Part shown: positions 1 through 7,259 of the stretch, piece by piece
How positions within the stretch are numbered: the stretch's first letter is position 1
Layout of the letters: each line of letters opens with the position of its first letter
From: a virus
Lineage: Duplodnaviria; Heunggongvirae; Uroviricota; Caudoviricetes
DNA length: 10,820 nt
Direction: 5' to 3' (one strand)
Virus record (IMG/VR): IMGVR_UViG_2630968558_000009
Notes under the pieces: generated by a model
The model's database searches: none
What the model saw: only the letters and a program-made list of their open reading frames with translations
What the model was told of the DNA's origin: nothing
Program-made: the position numbers and the translations under genes

Positions 1-19
1 CACAGGAGTCAAAATTGCC
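1..19. repeat. Partial direct repeat of the tRNA-Sec 3' portion; candidate distal attachment-site (att) repeat marking the left island boundary
   Basis: Positions 1-10 (cacaggagtc) are identical to 10397-10406 inside the tRNA-Sec gene; over 1-19 the match to 10397-10415 is 16/19. The window starts inside the repeat, so it may extend further left. Confidence 0.45.
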
Positions 20-67
20 ATATAACTATTTGATTCAAATCGTTTATATTTTTCTATTCTAATTCAT

Positions 68-90
68 TTATACACATCCTTATACATATA
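68..90. repeat. TATACACAT-N2-TATACATAT motif near the left end; a similar copy lies at 10254-10277 near int; candidate integrase arm-type binding site
   Basis: Left copy ttatacacatccttatacatata (68-90); right copy ctatacacattactatacatattt (10254-10277), same orientation, each within about 100-150 bp of an element end. Confidence 0.35.
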
Positions 91-135
91 ATATCTATCG
101 ATTAATTGTTACACGTATCTTCACGCACGTTAACT

Positions 136-436
136 CAGGAAAAAAATTTTTTTTCGAAAGAACTGTTCACACTGTTCACCTTTCTTTTTTCTCCTTTTAT
201 TTCAGTATGATAGGTGGTGAATAATGGGTGAAGGGTGAACATTCGATTCTTCACCTCCGGCATTCTGCCGGTGTGACTCATACCGGTGATTAATCCCCCG
301 TACTGAAATCACACAGGGAGAAAAAAAGTTTTTTTTGATTTGATTGTTCACACTGTTCACCTTTCGTTTTTCTCTTTTAATTTCAGTGTGATAACGGGTG
401 AATATACGGTGAAGGGTGAACAGTGGATTGTTCACC
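136..436. repeat. crr-like cis replication region: two direct repeats of about 105 bp carrying TGTTCACC/GGTGAACA iterons
   Basis: Near-identical units at about 136-241 and 316-422, period about 180 bp. Iterons at 164-171, 173-180, 234-241, 345-352, 354-361, 415-422 and 429-436. P4 crr is recalled as two ~120-bp direct repeats with type I octamers bound by alpha. Confidence 0.7.
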
Positions 437-454
437 TTCGGGGAGTTCAGGGAT

Positions 455-480
455 AAAAAAAGACCGGCAGATGCCGGTCA
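455..480 (-). terminator. Rho-independent terminator of the leftward operon, just past the alpha stop
   Basis: Plus strand aaaaaaa-gaccggc-agat-gccggtc; on the minus strand this is a 7-bp GC-rich stem with a 4-nt loop followed by a run of 7 U, directly after the alpha stop codon at 487-489. Confidence 0.55.
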
Positions 481-486
481 GGTGGG

Positions 487-2820
487 TCAGGTTGTTGCAG
501 GGTCGTCACATTTTGGCAGCCAGTCGCCGTAGCTTTCCTCTTTCAGCGTCAGGTTGGTCTGTATCCCCTGTTTGGTATGGCGCTTCTCGTAATTCAGTCC
601 GTATTCCTTCAGCATCACCGGCAGCCCCAGCCCGAACATTTTCAGACTGAGTACATTCCGGTAGCCGTTTGCCTCCATGTAGGCCAGATAGGCGTGATAG
701 AGGTATTTACGGTAATTGCGCGGGATGATACTGGCGTTCCCCATATACATGCCGCTGGTCTGCGGCAGGGTTTCCAGATAGCCGATAAAATCAAACGTCG
801 GGTCGGCATCCCGTTTGATGTTCAGCGCCTCGTCTGAGTTTTGCTGGGACTGAAGCAGTGACCGGGCGAGCATCGGGTCGCTGAACTTCTGCATCAGGTG
901 ACGCACGATGACCGCCAGCTCGCGGGTGATTTTGTCCTTAAGCTGCGGGTCGCGCTCCTGCGGGGCTATCTGTTCCGGGAAGTGAATAATCACCCGCCGG
1001 CGTGACACGCCGCCGCTGCGGTCGGTGAAGCGCATCGGGTTATTGTTCACGGCCAGAATCACCGCCGGGATATGCGTGGAGTATGCATCCCGGTATTTCG
1101 GGTCAACGGACACCGCATCGCCGCCGGTGATGGCCTTGAGTCCGGCACCGTCGCCGCTCCATTTTTCCTGGTCCGGCAGGCGTATCAGTGAGAAGCCAGT
1201 TAACGCGGCACGTTCACGCGGGGATTCCAGCGTCTCAATGGTGGCCGATGTGGCGTTATCCTCCCCGGCCAGCAGGGTGGCGATTTCGGCCATGATACTT
1301 TTGCCGCTGCCGCCGGGACCGGTCACCTCCAGAAAGAGCTGCCAGTCGTAGCGGTTTGCCAGCACCATAAACAGTGCGGCCAGAATCACGTCGCGTTTTT
1401 CCGCACGGCCACCGGCGGCACGGTCAAGCCAGCGCCAGAACGCGGGGGCGTGGGTTTCCAGCGTTTCCCCTTCCACCGGCGGGGTGAAATCCACATCACA
1501 CAGGGTGCGCATCCAGTGTGACGGACTGTGCGGGTGGAACGTGCCGTTCTGCGTGTCGAGCACGCCGTTACGAAAGCCAATCAGGCGGCGGGAGGGGGCT
1601 TCCTGCTGCGGAATAATCAGCTTCAGGGTGTCCACCACGGAGGCCACTTTCCCGGAGGAGAACGGCGCGCGCAGACGCTGAAACAGCCCGGCCACATCCC
1701 GGGCAAAGTCCTGTGGTGGCAGCACCTTCCAGACACCATTTTCATAGCGGGACAGAAGCTGGCCGTTGGCATCGACCGCGAGCGCCTCGCCGTAATGCTC
1801 ATAGATACGCATGGCCTTTTCGCTGGTACTCATGGCGGAAAACTCCGCTTCGCTCATGGTGTCGAACGGGCTTTCAGCCGGTGGCCGGATGGCATCATAA
1901 ATGGCCTTACGGGTGGCTTCCCCGCCGTACTGCGTGAAGGCATCATTCCAGTCACCGAAGACCGGCGGCAGGGCAACAACACCTTCACACGCATCTGCGG
2001 CTGCGGCGGCTTTTTTCTGGCCGTCACCGCTGAGGTCACGGTCAGCGGCAAGGACAATCTGACAGGCGGGATGCTTCTGCCGGGCAAGGCTGGCCAGAGA
2101 AAGGAGGTTCACGGAAGAAAGCGCCACCATCACCGTTTCACCGGTCAGGTGATGCACGGTTAGTGCGGTCGCGTATCCCTCCGCTATCCACAGACGTTTT
2201 CCGGCCTGATTCTGTCCTTCAAGGGTGTGACAGGTGCCCCTGACCTGTCCGCCTTTCAGGGTGCGCTTACGGCCGTCAGCGCTGATTAACTGAAGGTTAA
2301 CCAGTTCGCCGCTGTCGTCATACAGTGGCACCACAAGGTCACCGGCGCGCCAGCTCACGCCACCGGCTCTGTGTGTGCCGGTCAGCATCCGGCATTCCCG
2401 GCCGGGAAAGCCCTTGCGGGTCAGGTAGGCGTTACCGGTTCCGGGACGGGTTTTCGCCATCAGGGTTTGTGCCAGTGCGGCGGCGTTCTTCCGGGCAGCG
2501 TCTGTTTCAGCACCGGCGGCGGTCGTCACTGCCGGGTCAGCCGGGGGCAGGCTGCCGGTCACGGCAGCCACCTTTGTGGCCGCGTCGGACGGGGAAACAC
2601 CAAACACCTTTTCAACCAGTTTCAGGCCGTCACCGGCACCACACTGATTGCAGTACCAGGTGCCGCGCCCCTCCCTGTCATCAAAACGGAAGCGGTCACT
2701 CCCGCCACAGACCGGACAGGGCTGATGATGGTTCTTCAGCACCTGAATCCCCAGCGCCGGGAGAATACGCGGCCAGTGACCGAGCGCATGGCTGACGGTG
2801 GCGGTTACGTTCATTTTCAT
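487..2820 (-). CDS. alpha: P4 alpha-type primase-helicase (replication protein)
   Basis: 777-aa ORF, the length I recall for P4 alpha. N-terminal zinc-binding CPVCGGSD...YCNQCG, primase-type acidic motifs (EGYATA, LAADRDLSGDG), Walker A GPGGSGKS. AAGGAG Shine-Dalgarno 7 nt upstream of the ATG at 2820. Flanked by crr as in P4. Confidence 0.93.
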   Translation of the reverse strand: MKMNVTATVSHALGHWPRILPALGIQVLKNHHQPCPVCGGSDRFRFDDREGRGTWYCNQCGAGDGLKLVEKVFGVSPSDAATKVAAVTGSLPPADPAVTTAAGAETDAARKNAAALAQTLMAKTRPGTGNAYLTRKGFPGRECRMLTGTHRAGGVSWRAGDLVVPLYDDSGELVNLQLISADGRKRTLKGGQVRGTCHTLEGQNQAGKRLWIAEGYATALTVHHLTGETVMVALSSVNLLSLASLARQKHPACQIVLAADRDLSGDGQKKAAAAADACEGVVALPPVFGDWNDAFTQYGGEATRKAIYDAIRPPAESPFDTMSEAEFSAMSTSEKAMRIYEHYGEALAVDANGQLLSRYENGVWKVLPPQDFARDVAGLFQRLRAPFSSGKVASVVDTLKLIIPQQEAPSRRLIGFRNGVLDTQNGTFHPHSPSHWMRTLCDVDFTPPVEGETLETHAPAFWRWLDRAAGGRAEKRDVILAALFMVLANRYDWQLFLEVTGPGGSGKSIMAEIATLLAGEDNATSATIETLESPRERAALTGFSLIRLPDQEKWSGDGAGLKAITGGDAVSVDPKYRDAYSTHIPAVILAVNNNPMRFTDRSGGVSRRRVIIHFPEQIAPQERDPQLKDKITRELAVIVRHLMQKFSDPMLARSLLQSQQNSDEALNIKRDADPTFDFIGYLETLPQTSGMYMGNASIIPRNYRKYLYHAYLAYMEANGYRNVLSLKMFGLGLPVMLKEYGLNYEKRHTKQGIQTNLTLKEESYGDWLPKCDDPATT

Positions 2821-2834
2821 GGTGTTGTTCTCCT

Positions 2835-3155
2835 TCAGTGCAGTACCGGCGCTTTTATGTGACGGGCACAGAGTTCATCCATCACAACCAGCCCGAGAAA
2901 GGACAGCGACGGCGCGGCCTTCAGGGGGCCGGATTCCATTAAATCTTCCAGCAGGGCACAGGCTATCTGACGCCCTTTTTCCTCACCGTGCTGGCGCAGA
3001 TAAAAGCCTTCCAGCTCAGCGGCGATGGCCGCCTCCAGTGACTCAAGGGTGAGATGCGGGTAGCGGTGCTGACGTTCGCACACGGTCAGCCAGGCACAGG
3101 CGACAGCACGACGGTAAAGGGCTGCGCGTAAGACGGGCGGTAAGGGTGTTTTCAT
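2835..3155 (-). CDS. P4 orf106-like hypothetical protein
   Basis: 106-aa ORF immediately upstream of alpha (14-bp gap), preceded by GGGAGG Shine-Dalgarno. Size and position match the orf106 of P4 as I recall it. Confidence 0.7.
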
Positions 3156-3290
3156 TTGTTTTCCTCCCTGTGACAGATGACTGCATTCCGTGCCGGTTGC
3201 ATTAACTGATAAGGCATATCTGCGTCTCCTGAAGACGTGCGTATCCCTGCGCGAATACGCACATTTAATTTTTCGGGTGTCGTTTTTTAA

Positions 3291-3746
3291 TTACAGATAA
3301 TTGCGGTAACTGTTATCCGGGGTGATTTCCGGGTCAGGCTCCGTGCAGGGAATTTCCCGCCATTCCCGCGCCACCGGTGCCGCCCGGCTGGCCGGAACAG
3401 TGTCCTGCGGGTAAATATCCAGATATTTCTCCCGCCATTTCTGTAATTCCGGGTCTCCGGCCATTTCTTTCAGTACCGCATGCCGGTTTACGGGGCTGCG
3501 TTTAAACAGGTCAGGACGGTCACAGGTAAATTCCCGCAGAAAACGCCCCAGCGGGATGTCTGTGGTGCGCCCGTCGGCGAGGATACGCACAAGGATACTG
3601 AATTTACGGCGGTACGGGTTCCAGACAATGTCCGGGCAGCGGTACGGCATTTCCCACGGAATACCGTCTTCCAGAATGCCGACCACGGTCACATCGGGAA
3701 AACCGGCAGAACGGTAAATCTCACCGGGCTGGGGAAAATCAAACAT
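3291..3746 (-). CDS. P4 orf151-like hypothetical protein
   Basis: 151-aa ORF in the P4 left-operon position between the epsilon-like gene and orf106; its start overlaps the end of the upstream ORF by 8 nt (3739-3746). Confidence 0.7.
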   Translation of the reverse strand: MFDFPQPGEIYRSAGFPDVTVVGILEDGIPWEMPYRCPDIVWNPYRRKFSILVRILADGRTTDIPLGRFLREFTCDRPDLFKRSPVNRHAVLKEMAGDPELQKWREKYLDIYPQDTVPASRAAPVAREWREIPCTEPDPEITPDNSYRNYL

Positions 3747-4026
3747 GCGTCCTGTCTCCCCGGTCTTTCTGCTGGGCGAGAAAATCGCGGCACAGGCCTT
3801 TGGCTTTCAGCTCATTCAGCACAAAATCAATATCCTCATTCAGGTAGCTGAAAATATGCGGAATGTAGAGCTGATGCAGGCCGGAGAGTTCACGGTGAAT
3901 CAAATCACCCCCAACAAACTGGGATACGGCGCTGGCGCGGTTGAGCTTATGGTAAGCCTCAATGCTGAGGTGTTCACGGGCGTCATGACGCGCTGAGACG
4001 GTCTGAGGGGCTTTTTTATTACGCAC
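3739..4026 (-). CDS. eps: Epsilon-like protein (in P4, the anti-repressor that derepresses the P2 helper prophage)
   Basis: 95-aa ORF directly upstream of and overlapping orf151. Assigned from size and synteny with the P4 left operon; I did not recognise the sequence itself. Confidence 0.55.
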   Translation of the reverse strand: MRNKKAPQTVSARHDAREHLSIEAYHKLNRASAVSQFVGGDLIHRELSGLHQLYIPHIFSYLNEDIDFVLNELKAKGLCRDFLAQQKDRGDRTHV

Positions 4027-4423
4027 GGGACACCTCCATCACCGGCAGACGGGCCGCAAGGGAGAGCACATAGTCACGGACAAGGGAACGGCGGGCACTG
4101 CGTTCATCACCGGCGACGGTGCGAAGCATGCAGATACGGGGATGACGGTCTGCGCGACGGACAGCCGCAAACACAAAGACAAATTCAGGGTGTGAAGGGG
4201 TAAGGGTCGTAGCCATAAGGCAACCTCCGATAACAGCGTAAATGACGCTATCGCCGGAGTTCTCACGCTCGATGGCGATAGCCCAGACGGGGGTGAGAAT
4301 ACCGGCGTTATCGGAAACCGGCCAGCCCGGAGGCTGCCCCGCCTGAGCTACCATTGACTCAGAGGCATAACATGCGATTGCGAACAGGATCATACCTGCA
4401 CGGCAAACCACACGCCACACCAT
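4019..4423 (-). CDS. Candidate kil/eta-position protein; start codon uncertain
   Basis: The 211-aa track ORF (4019-4654) overlaps vis in its 5' part, so only the 3' portion can be real. In-frame ATGs at 4423 (MVWRVV...) and 4393 (MILFAIACY...) sit downstream of the leader terminator. The stop at 4019-4021 overlaps the epsilon start (4026), suggesting translational coupling. Confidence 0.3.
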   Translation of the reverse strand: MVWRVVCRAGMILFAIACYASESMVAQAGQPPGWPVSDNAGILTPVWAIAIERENSGDSVIYAVIGGCLMATTLTPSHPEFVFVFAAVRRADRHPRICMLRTVAGDERSARRSLVRDYVLSLAARLPVMEVSRA

Positions 4424-4455
4424 AATTTGGTGCTCTGTGGCGTTGATTGCGACAC

Positions 4456-4477
4456 AAAAAAAGACGCATGGCGCGTC
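4456..4477 (-). terminator. Candidate intrinsic terminator in the leader between the putative early promoter and the first ORF
   Basis: Minus strand reads gacgc-gccat-gcgtc followed by 7 U (plus-strand A-run 4456-4462, stem 4463-4477). The stem is only 5 bp, so this is tentative. Confidence 0.35.
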
Positions 4478-4540
4478 ATATGTCGCCGATAACATACTCG
4501 GGTTCTCACGCCCGGCTGCCGATTTTGCGACAGCGGAAAA

Positions 4541-4570
4541 ACTATATCCGCAAATGCCGGAAAAAGGCAA
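4541..4570 (-). promoter_or_regulatory. Candidate PLE-like early promoter of the leftward operon
   Basis: On the minus strand, TTGCCT (plus 4565-4570) then an 18-nt spacer then TATAGT (plus 4541-4546), downstream of the vis stop and about 110 nt upstream of the first ORF start. Sequence match only. Confidence 0.3.
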
Positions 4571-4605
4571 GCCAGAAAAAGGGAGTTTTTGCAGAACAGG
4601 CATCA

Positions 4606-4872
4606 TCATGCGTCGTACCCCCGTTTGCGTCCGGCAATGCGCCCGGCCATCCATGCGGTGACTTCAGAGTGCAGCCAGGCCACATTTTTACCGCCAAGAC
4701 TCACCTGCGGCGGAAATTCCCCCTTACGGATGAGTTCATAGATGGTCGAGCGTGACAGGCCGCACAGGTGCATCACTTCCGGCAGACGTAAAAAACGCTC
4801 CTGCGTGATGTCCGGCAGCGGCATCAGTGGCGTCACAGGGGAGGGAGACGGGGAAGAAAAAACAGCTTGCAT
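4606..4872 (-). CDS. vis: Vis-like AlpA-family helix-turn-helix regulator/excisionase
   Basis: 88-aa ORF with an AlpA-type HTH ([16 protein letters not shown]), GAGGT Shine-Dalgarno upstream of the ATG at 4872. It lies between the ori/late-promoter region and the early promoter, as P4 vis (orf88) does. Confidence 0.75.
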   Translation of the reverse strand: MQAVFSSPSPSPVTPLMPLPDITQERFLRLPEVMHLCGLSRSTIYELIRKGEFPPQVSLGGKNVAWLHSEVTAWMAGRIAGRKRGYDA

Positions 4873-5122
4873 CGGGCTACCTCGTTAATGTCCATACAGC
4901 ACCGGATAAGTCCGTCCGGCTTCGGGTAGCGCTTTATTTTGTGAATATTTTCAGCAGACGCAACAGGGGGGATTTGTTCCGGCAGCCTTACGATGGCTGT
5001 ATGTTTTTTATCCATCCGGACTGGAAGGGTCTCAAAGGGTTCTGAAGGACCTGGAATTTTTTATAGTGAAATACAAATTGTTTTTTCTTATTTATTTCAG
5101 TGAATTAATAAAAATAAAAAGT

Positions 5123-5254
5123 AATGAACAGCACAAAAAGCCCATCAACGGGTGAACAGTGGTGAACAGACGGTGAACAGTCATTACTGCGATTGTTCAC
5201 CCTTTAACTTACTGTATTACCTATCTTTTTTCTTATGGTGAACAGAGGTGAACA
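5123..5254. repeat. ori-like iteron cluster (replication origin)
   Basis: Six TGTTCACC/GGTGAACA octamers at 5151-5158, 5161-5168, 5172-5179, 5194-5201 (opposite orientation), 5237-5244 and 5247-5254, in AT-rich surroundings between vis and sid. The same octamer as in crr, about 4.7 kb away, matching the P4 ori-crr arrangement. Confidence 0.7.
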
Positions 5255-5333
5255 GTAAAATATAAAAAAATAAACAGTAAGCCGGTTTTTCCAGCGACCT
5301 TTTCCTGGCTTGCCGGTCTGAGGATGAGTCTCC

Positions 5334-5400
5334 TGTGTCAGGGCTGGCACATCTGCAATGCGTCGTGTTGTTGTCCGGTGTACGTCACAATTTTCTCAAC
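5334..5400 (+). promoter_or_regulatory. Psid-like late promoter with two TGT-N12-ACA dyads (candidate Delta/Ogr binding sites)
   Basis: TGT-N12-ACA at 5334-5351 and 5372-5389, centres 38 bp apart, upstream of the sid ATG at 5424. The TGT-N12-ACA dyad is the known activator site of P2/P4 late promoters. Confidence 0.55.
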
Positions 5401-5423
5401 CTGAAGTGACGAGGAGCCGGAAA

Positions 5424-6158
5424 ATGTCTGACAACACCATCCCTGAATATCTGCAACCCGCACTGGCACAACTGGAAAAGGCCAGAGCCGCCCACCTTGA
5501 GAACGCCCGACTGATGGATGAGACCGTCACGGCCATTGAACGGGCAGAGCAGGAAAAAAATGCGCTGGCGCAGGCCGACGGAAACGACGCTGAAGACTGG
5601 CGCACGGCCTTTCGTGCAGCCGGTGGTGTCCTGAGCGACGAGCTGAAACAGCGCCACATTGAGCGCGTGGCACGCCGGGAGCTGGTACAGGAATATGACA
5701 ATCTGGCCGTGGTGCTGAATTTTGAACGTGAACGCCTGAAAGGGGCGTGTGACAGCACGGCCACCGCCTACCGGAAGGCACATCATCACCTTCTGAGTCT
5801 GTATGCAGAGCATGAGCTGGAACACGCCCTGAATGAAACCTGTGAGGCGCTTGTCCGGGCAATGCATCTGAGTATCCTGGTACAGGAAAATCCGCTCGCC
5901 AACACCACCGGCCATCAGGGCTACGTCGCACCCGATAAAGCTGTCATGCAGCAGGTGAAATCATCGCTGGAACAGAAAATTAAACAGATGCAAATCAGCC
6001 TCACCGGCGAGCCGGTTCTCCGGCTGACCGGACTGTCAGCGGCAACACTCCCGCACATGGATTATGAGGTGGCAGGCACACCGGCACAGCGCAAGGTGTG
6101 GCAGGACAAAATAGACCAGCAGGGAGCAGAGCTTAAGGCCAGAGGACTGCTGTCATGA
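5424..6158 (+). CDS. sid: Sid-like capsid size-determination (external scaffold) protein
   Basis: The track ORF starts at 5358, but that ATG lies inside the promoter dyads. The ATG at 5424 has a GAGGAG Shine-Dalgarno 8 nt upstream and gives 244 aa, the size I recall for P4 Sid. First gene of the sid-delta-psu order. Confidence 0.8.
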   Translation: MSDNTIPEYLQPALAQLEKARAAHLENARLMDETVTAIERAEQEKNALAQADGNDAEDWRTAFRAAGGVLSDELKQRHIERVARRELVQEYDNLAVVLNFERERLKGACDSTATAYRKAHHHLLSLYAEHELEHALNETCEALVRAMHLSILVQENPLANTTGHQGYVAPDKAVMQQVKSSLEQKIKQMQISLTGEPVLRLTGLSAATLPHMDYEVAGTPAQRKVWQDKIDQQGAELKARGLLS

Positions 6159-6400
6159 TGCGCTGCCCTTTCTGTCGTCATTCAGCGCATACCCGCACCA
6201 GCCGGTATGTGAGTGACAATGTCAAAGAAAGTTATCTGCAGTGCCAGAATATTTACTGTTCGGCGACATTTAAAACGCATGAGTCAATTTGTGCCGTGAT
6301 TCGTTCTCCGGTCACGGAGGAAAAACCAGCACCGGCAAGCACAGCACCGGCTGTTGTCCGAAAAGTTAAAGGCTGTTACAGCTCACCATTCAACCATTAA
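6155..6400 (+). CDS. delta: Delta/Ogr-family zinc-finger late transcription activator (single-domain form)
   Basis: 81-aa ORF with an Ogr-like Cys4 arrangement (CPFC ... CQNIYC). Its ATG overlaps the sid stop (ATGA at 6155-6158). Confidence 0.8.
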   Translation: MMRCPFCRHSAHTRTSRYVSDNVKESYLQCQNIYCSATFKTHESICAVIRSPVTEEKPAPASTAPAVVRKVKGCYSSPFNH

Positions 6401-6414
6401 TCAGGAGACGGGGT

Positions 6415-6987
6415 GTGACCACAATGTCATTACAGCAGGCTTTTGAGGTCTGCCAGAATAACAAAGCAGCATGGCTGCAACGCAAAAATGAGCTGGCTGC
6501 GGCCGAACAGGAATATCTGCGGCTTCTGTCAGGAGAAGGCAGAAACGTCAGCCGCCTGGACGAATTACGCAATATTATCGAAGTCAGAAAATGGCAGGTG
6601 AATCAGGCCGCCGGTCGTTATATTCGTTCGCATGAAGCCGTTCAGCACATCAGCATCCGCGAGCGGCTGAATGATTTTATGCAGCAGCACGGCACAGCAC
6701 TGGCGGCCGCACTGGCACCGGAGCTGATGGGCTACAGTGAGCTGACGGCCATTGCCCGAAACTGTGCCATACAGCGTGCCACAGATGCCCTGCGTGAAGC
6801 CCTTCTGTCCTGGCTTGCGAAGGGGGAAAAAATTAATTATTCCGCACAGGATAGCGACATTTTAACGACCATCGGATTCAGGCCTGACGCGGCTTCGGTG
6901 GATGACAGCCGTGAAAAATTCACCCCTGCGCAGAACATGATTTTTTCGCGTAAAAGTGCAGAACTGGCATCACGTCAGTCTGTGTAA
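6415..6987 (+). CDS. psu: Psu-like polarity suppression protein (in P4, capsid decoration and Rho antagonist)
   Basis: 190-aa ORF, the size I recall for P4 Psu. GTG start at 6415 with AGGAG Shine-Dalgarno at 6403-6407; the first ATG is at 6424. Third gene of the late operon, followed by a hairpin and cos. Confidence 0.8.
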   Translation: MTTMSLQQAFEVCQNNKAAWLQRKNELAAAEQEYLRLLSGEGRNVSRLDELRNIIEVRKWQVNQAAGRYIRSHEAVQHISIRERLNDFMQQHGTALAAALAPELMGYSELTAIARNCAIQRATDALREALLSWLAKGEKINYSAQDSDILTTIGFRPDAASVDDSREKFTPAQNMIFSRKSAELASRQSV

Positions 6988-7022
6988 AACTCCCCGAAAA
7001 TCCGCCTGTTTTTACTGAAAAA

Positions 7023-7065
7023 AGCCATGCATCGATAAGGTGCATGGCTTTGCATGCGTTTTCCT
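7023..7065 (+). terminator. Candidate terminator downstream of psu
   Basis: Inverted repeat agccatgca (7023-7031), 9-nt loop, tgcatggct (7041-7049), followed by tt and then gcgtttt. The T-tract is interrupted, so confidence is moderate. Confidence 0.4.
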
Positions 7066-7151
7066 GCCTCATTTCCTGCAGATCACGCCGCGCCCGACGC
7101 GGCGTGAGCGTGTCAGTGCAACTGCATTAAAACCGCCCCGCAAAGCGGGCG

Positions 7152-7170
7152 GGCGAGGCGGGGAAAGCAC
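7152..7170. other. P2/P4-type cos site (19-nt cohesive-end sequence)
   Basis: Exact match to the recalled P2/P4 cohesive-end sequence GGCGAGGCGGGGAAAGCAC. A perfect 10-bp-stem hairpin lies just upstream (tcacgccgcg-cccga-cgcggcgtga, 7083-7107). Position between psu and the int-proximal cargo matches P4. Confidence 0.8.
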
Positions 7171-7259
7171 CGCGCGCATGTATGCAGGAAATAACTTGGT
7201 TCTCCAGCCAGAGAAAGAAACTTAACTGGAGAGTTTTGTGTTTTGTTACATGGATGTGT

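Noticed and set aside
136-436. Possible CRISPR array, given the short repeated units at crr (and at ori, 5123-5254)
   Set aside because: The repeats are 8-bp iterons in both orientations with irregular spacing, there are no cas genes, and they match the known alpha-binding octamer of P4 replication origins.
1025-2862. Plus-strand ORFs of 108-211 aa (1025-1351, 1528-2163, 1713-1937, 2325-2795, 2371-2862) inside the alpha gene
   Set aside because: They lie antisense to a long, well-supported 777-aa gene in GC-rich DNA, where open antisense frames arise by chance, and they have no Shine-Dalgarno or synteny support.
4037-4119. Direct repeat catcaccggc(a)gacgg at 4037-4052 and 4105-4119, considered as CI-RNA target sites
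   Set aside because: Both copies fall inside the kil/eta-position coding frame and I found no complementary partner between them; more likely chance or a coding repeat.
4424-4654. The 5' part of the 211-aa minus-strand ORF, and the plus-strand ORFs 4437-4661 and 4447-4755
   Set aside because: This part overlaps the vis coding sequence and spans the putative promoter and terminator of the leader; only the 3' portion (4019-4423) is plausible as coding.
4873-5120. A PLL-type late promoter dyad (TGT-N12-ACA) upstream of vis
   Set aside because: I checked each TGT in this interval and found no perfect TGT-N12-ACA; near-misses only. A late promoter may exist here but I cannot support coordinates.
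5385-5931. Minus-strand ORFs of 122-176 aa overlapping sid
   Set aside because: Antisense to the sid coding sequence in the late operon; composition artefacts with no ribosome-binding site.
7040-7225. 61-aa plus-strand ORF spanning the cos region
   Set aside because: The interval contains the 19-nt cos sequence and GC-rich hairpins; the ORF is explained by GC-rich non-coding DNA.
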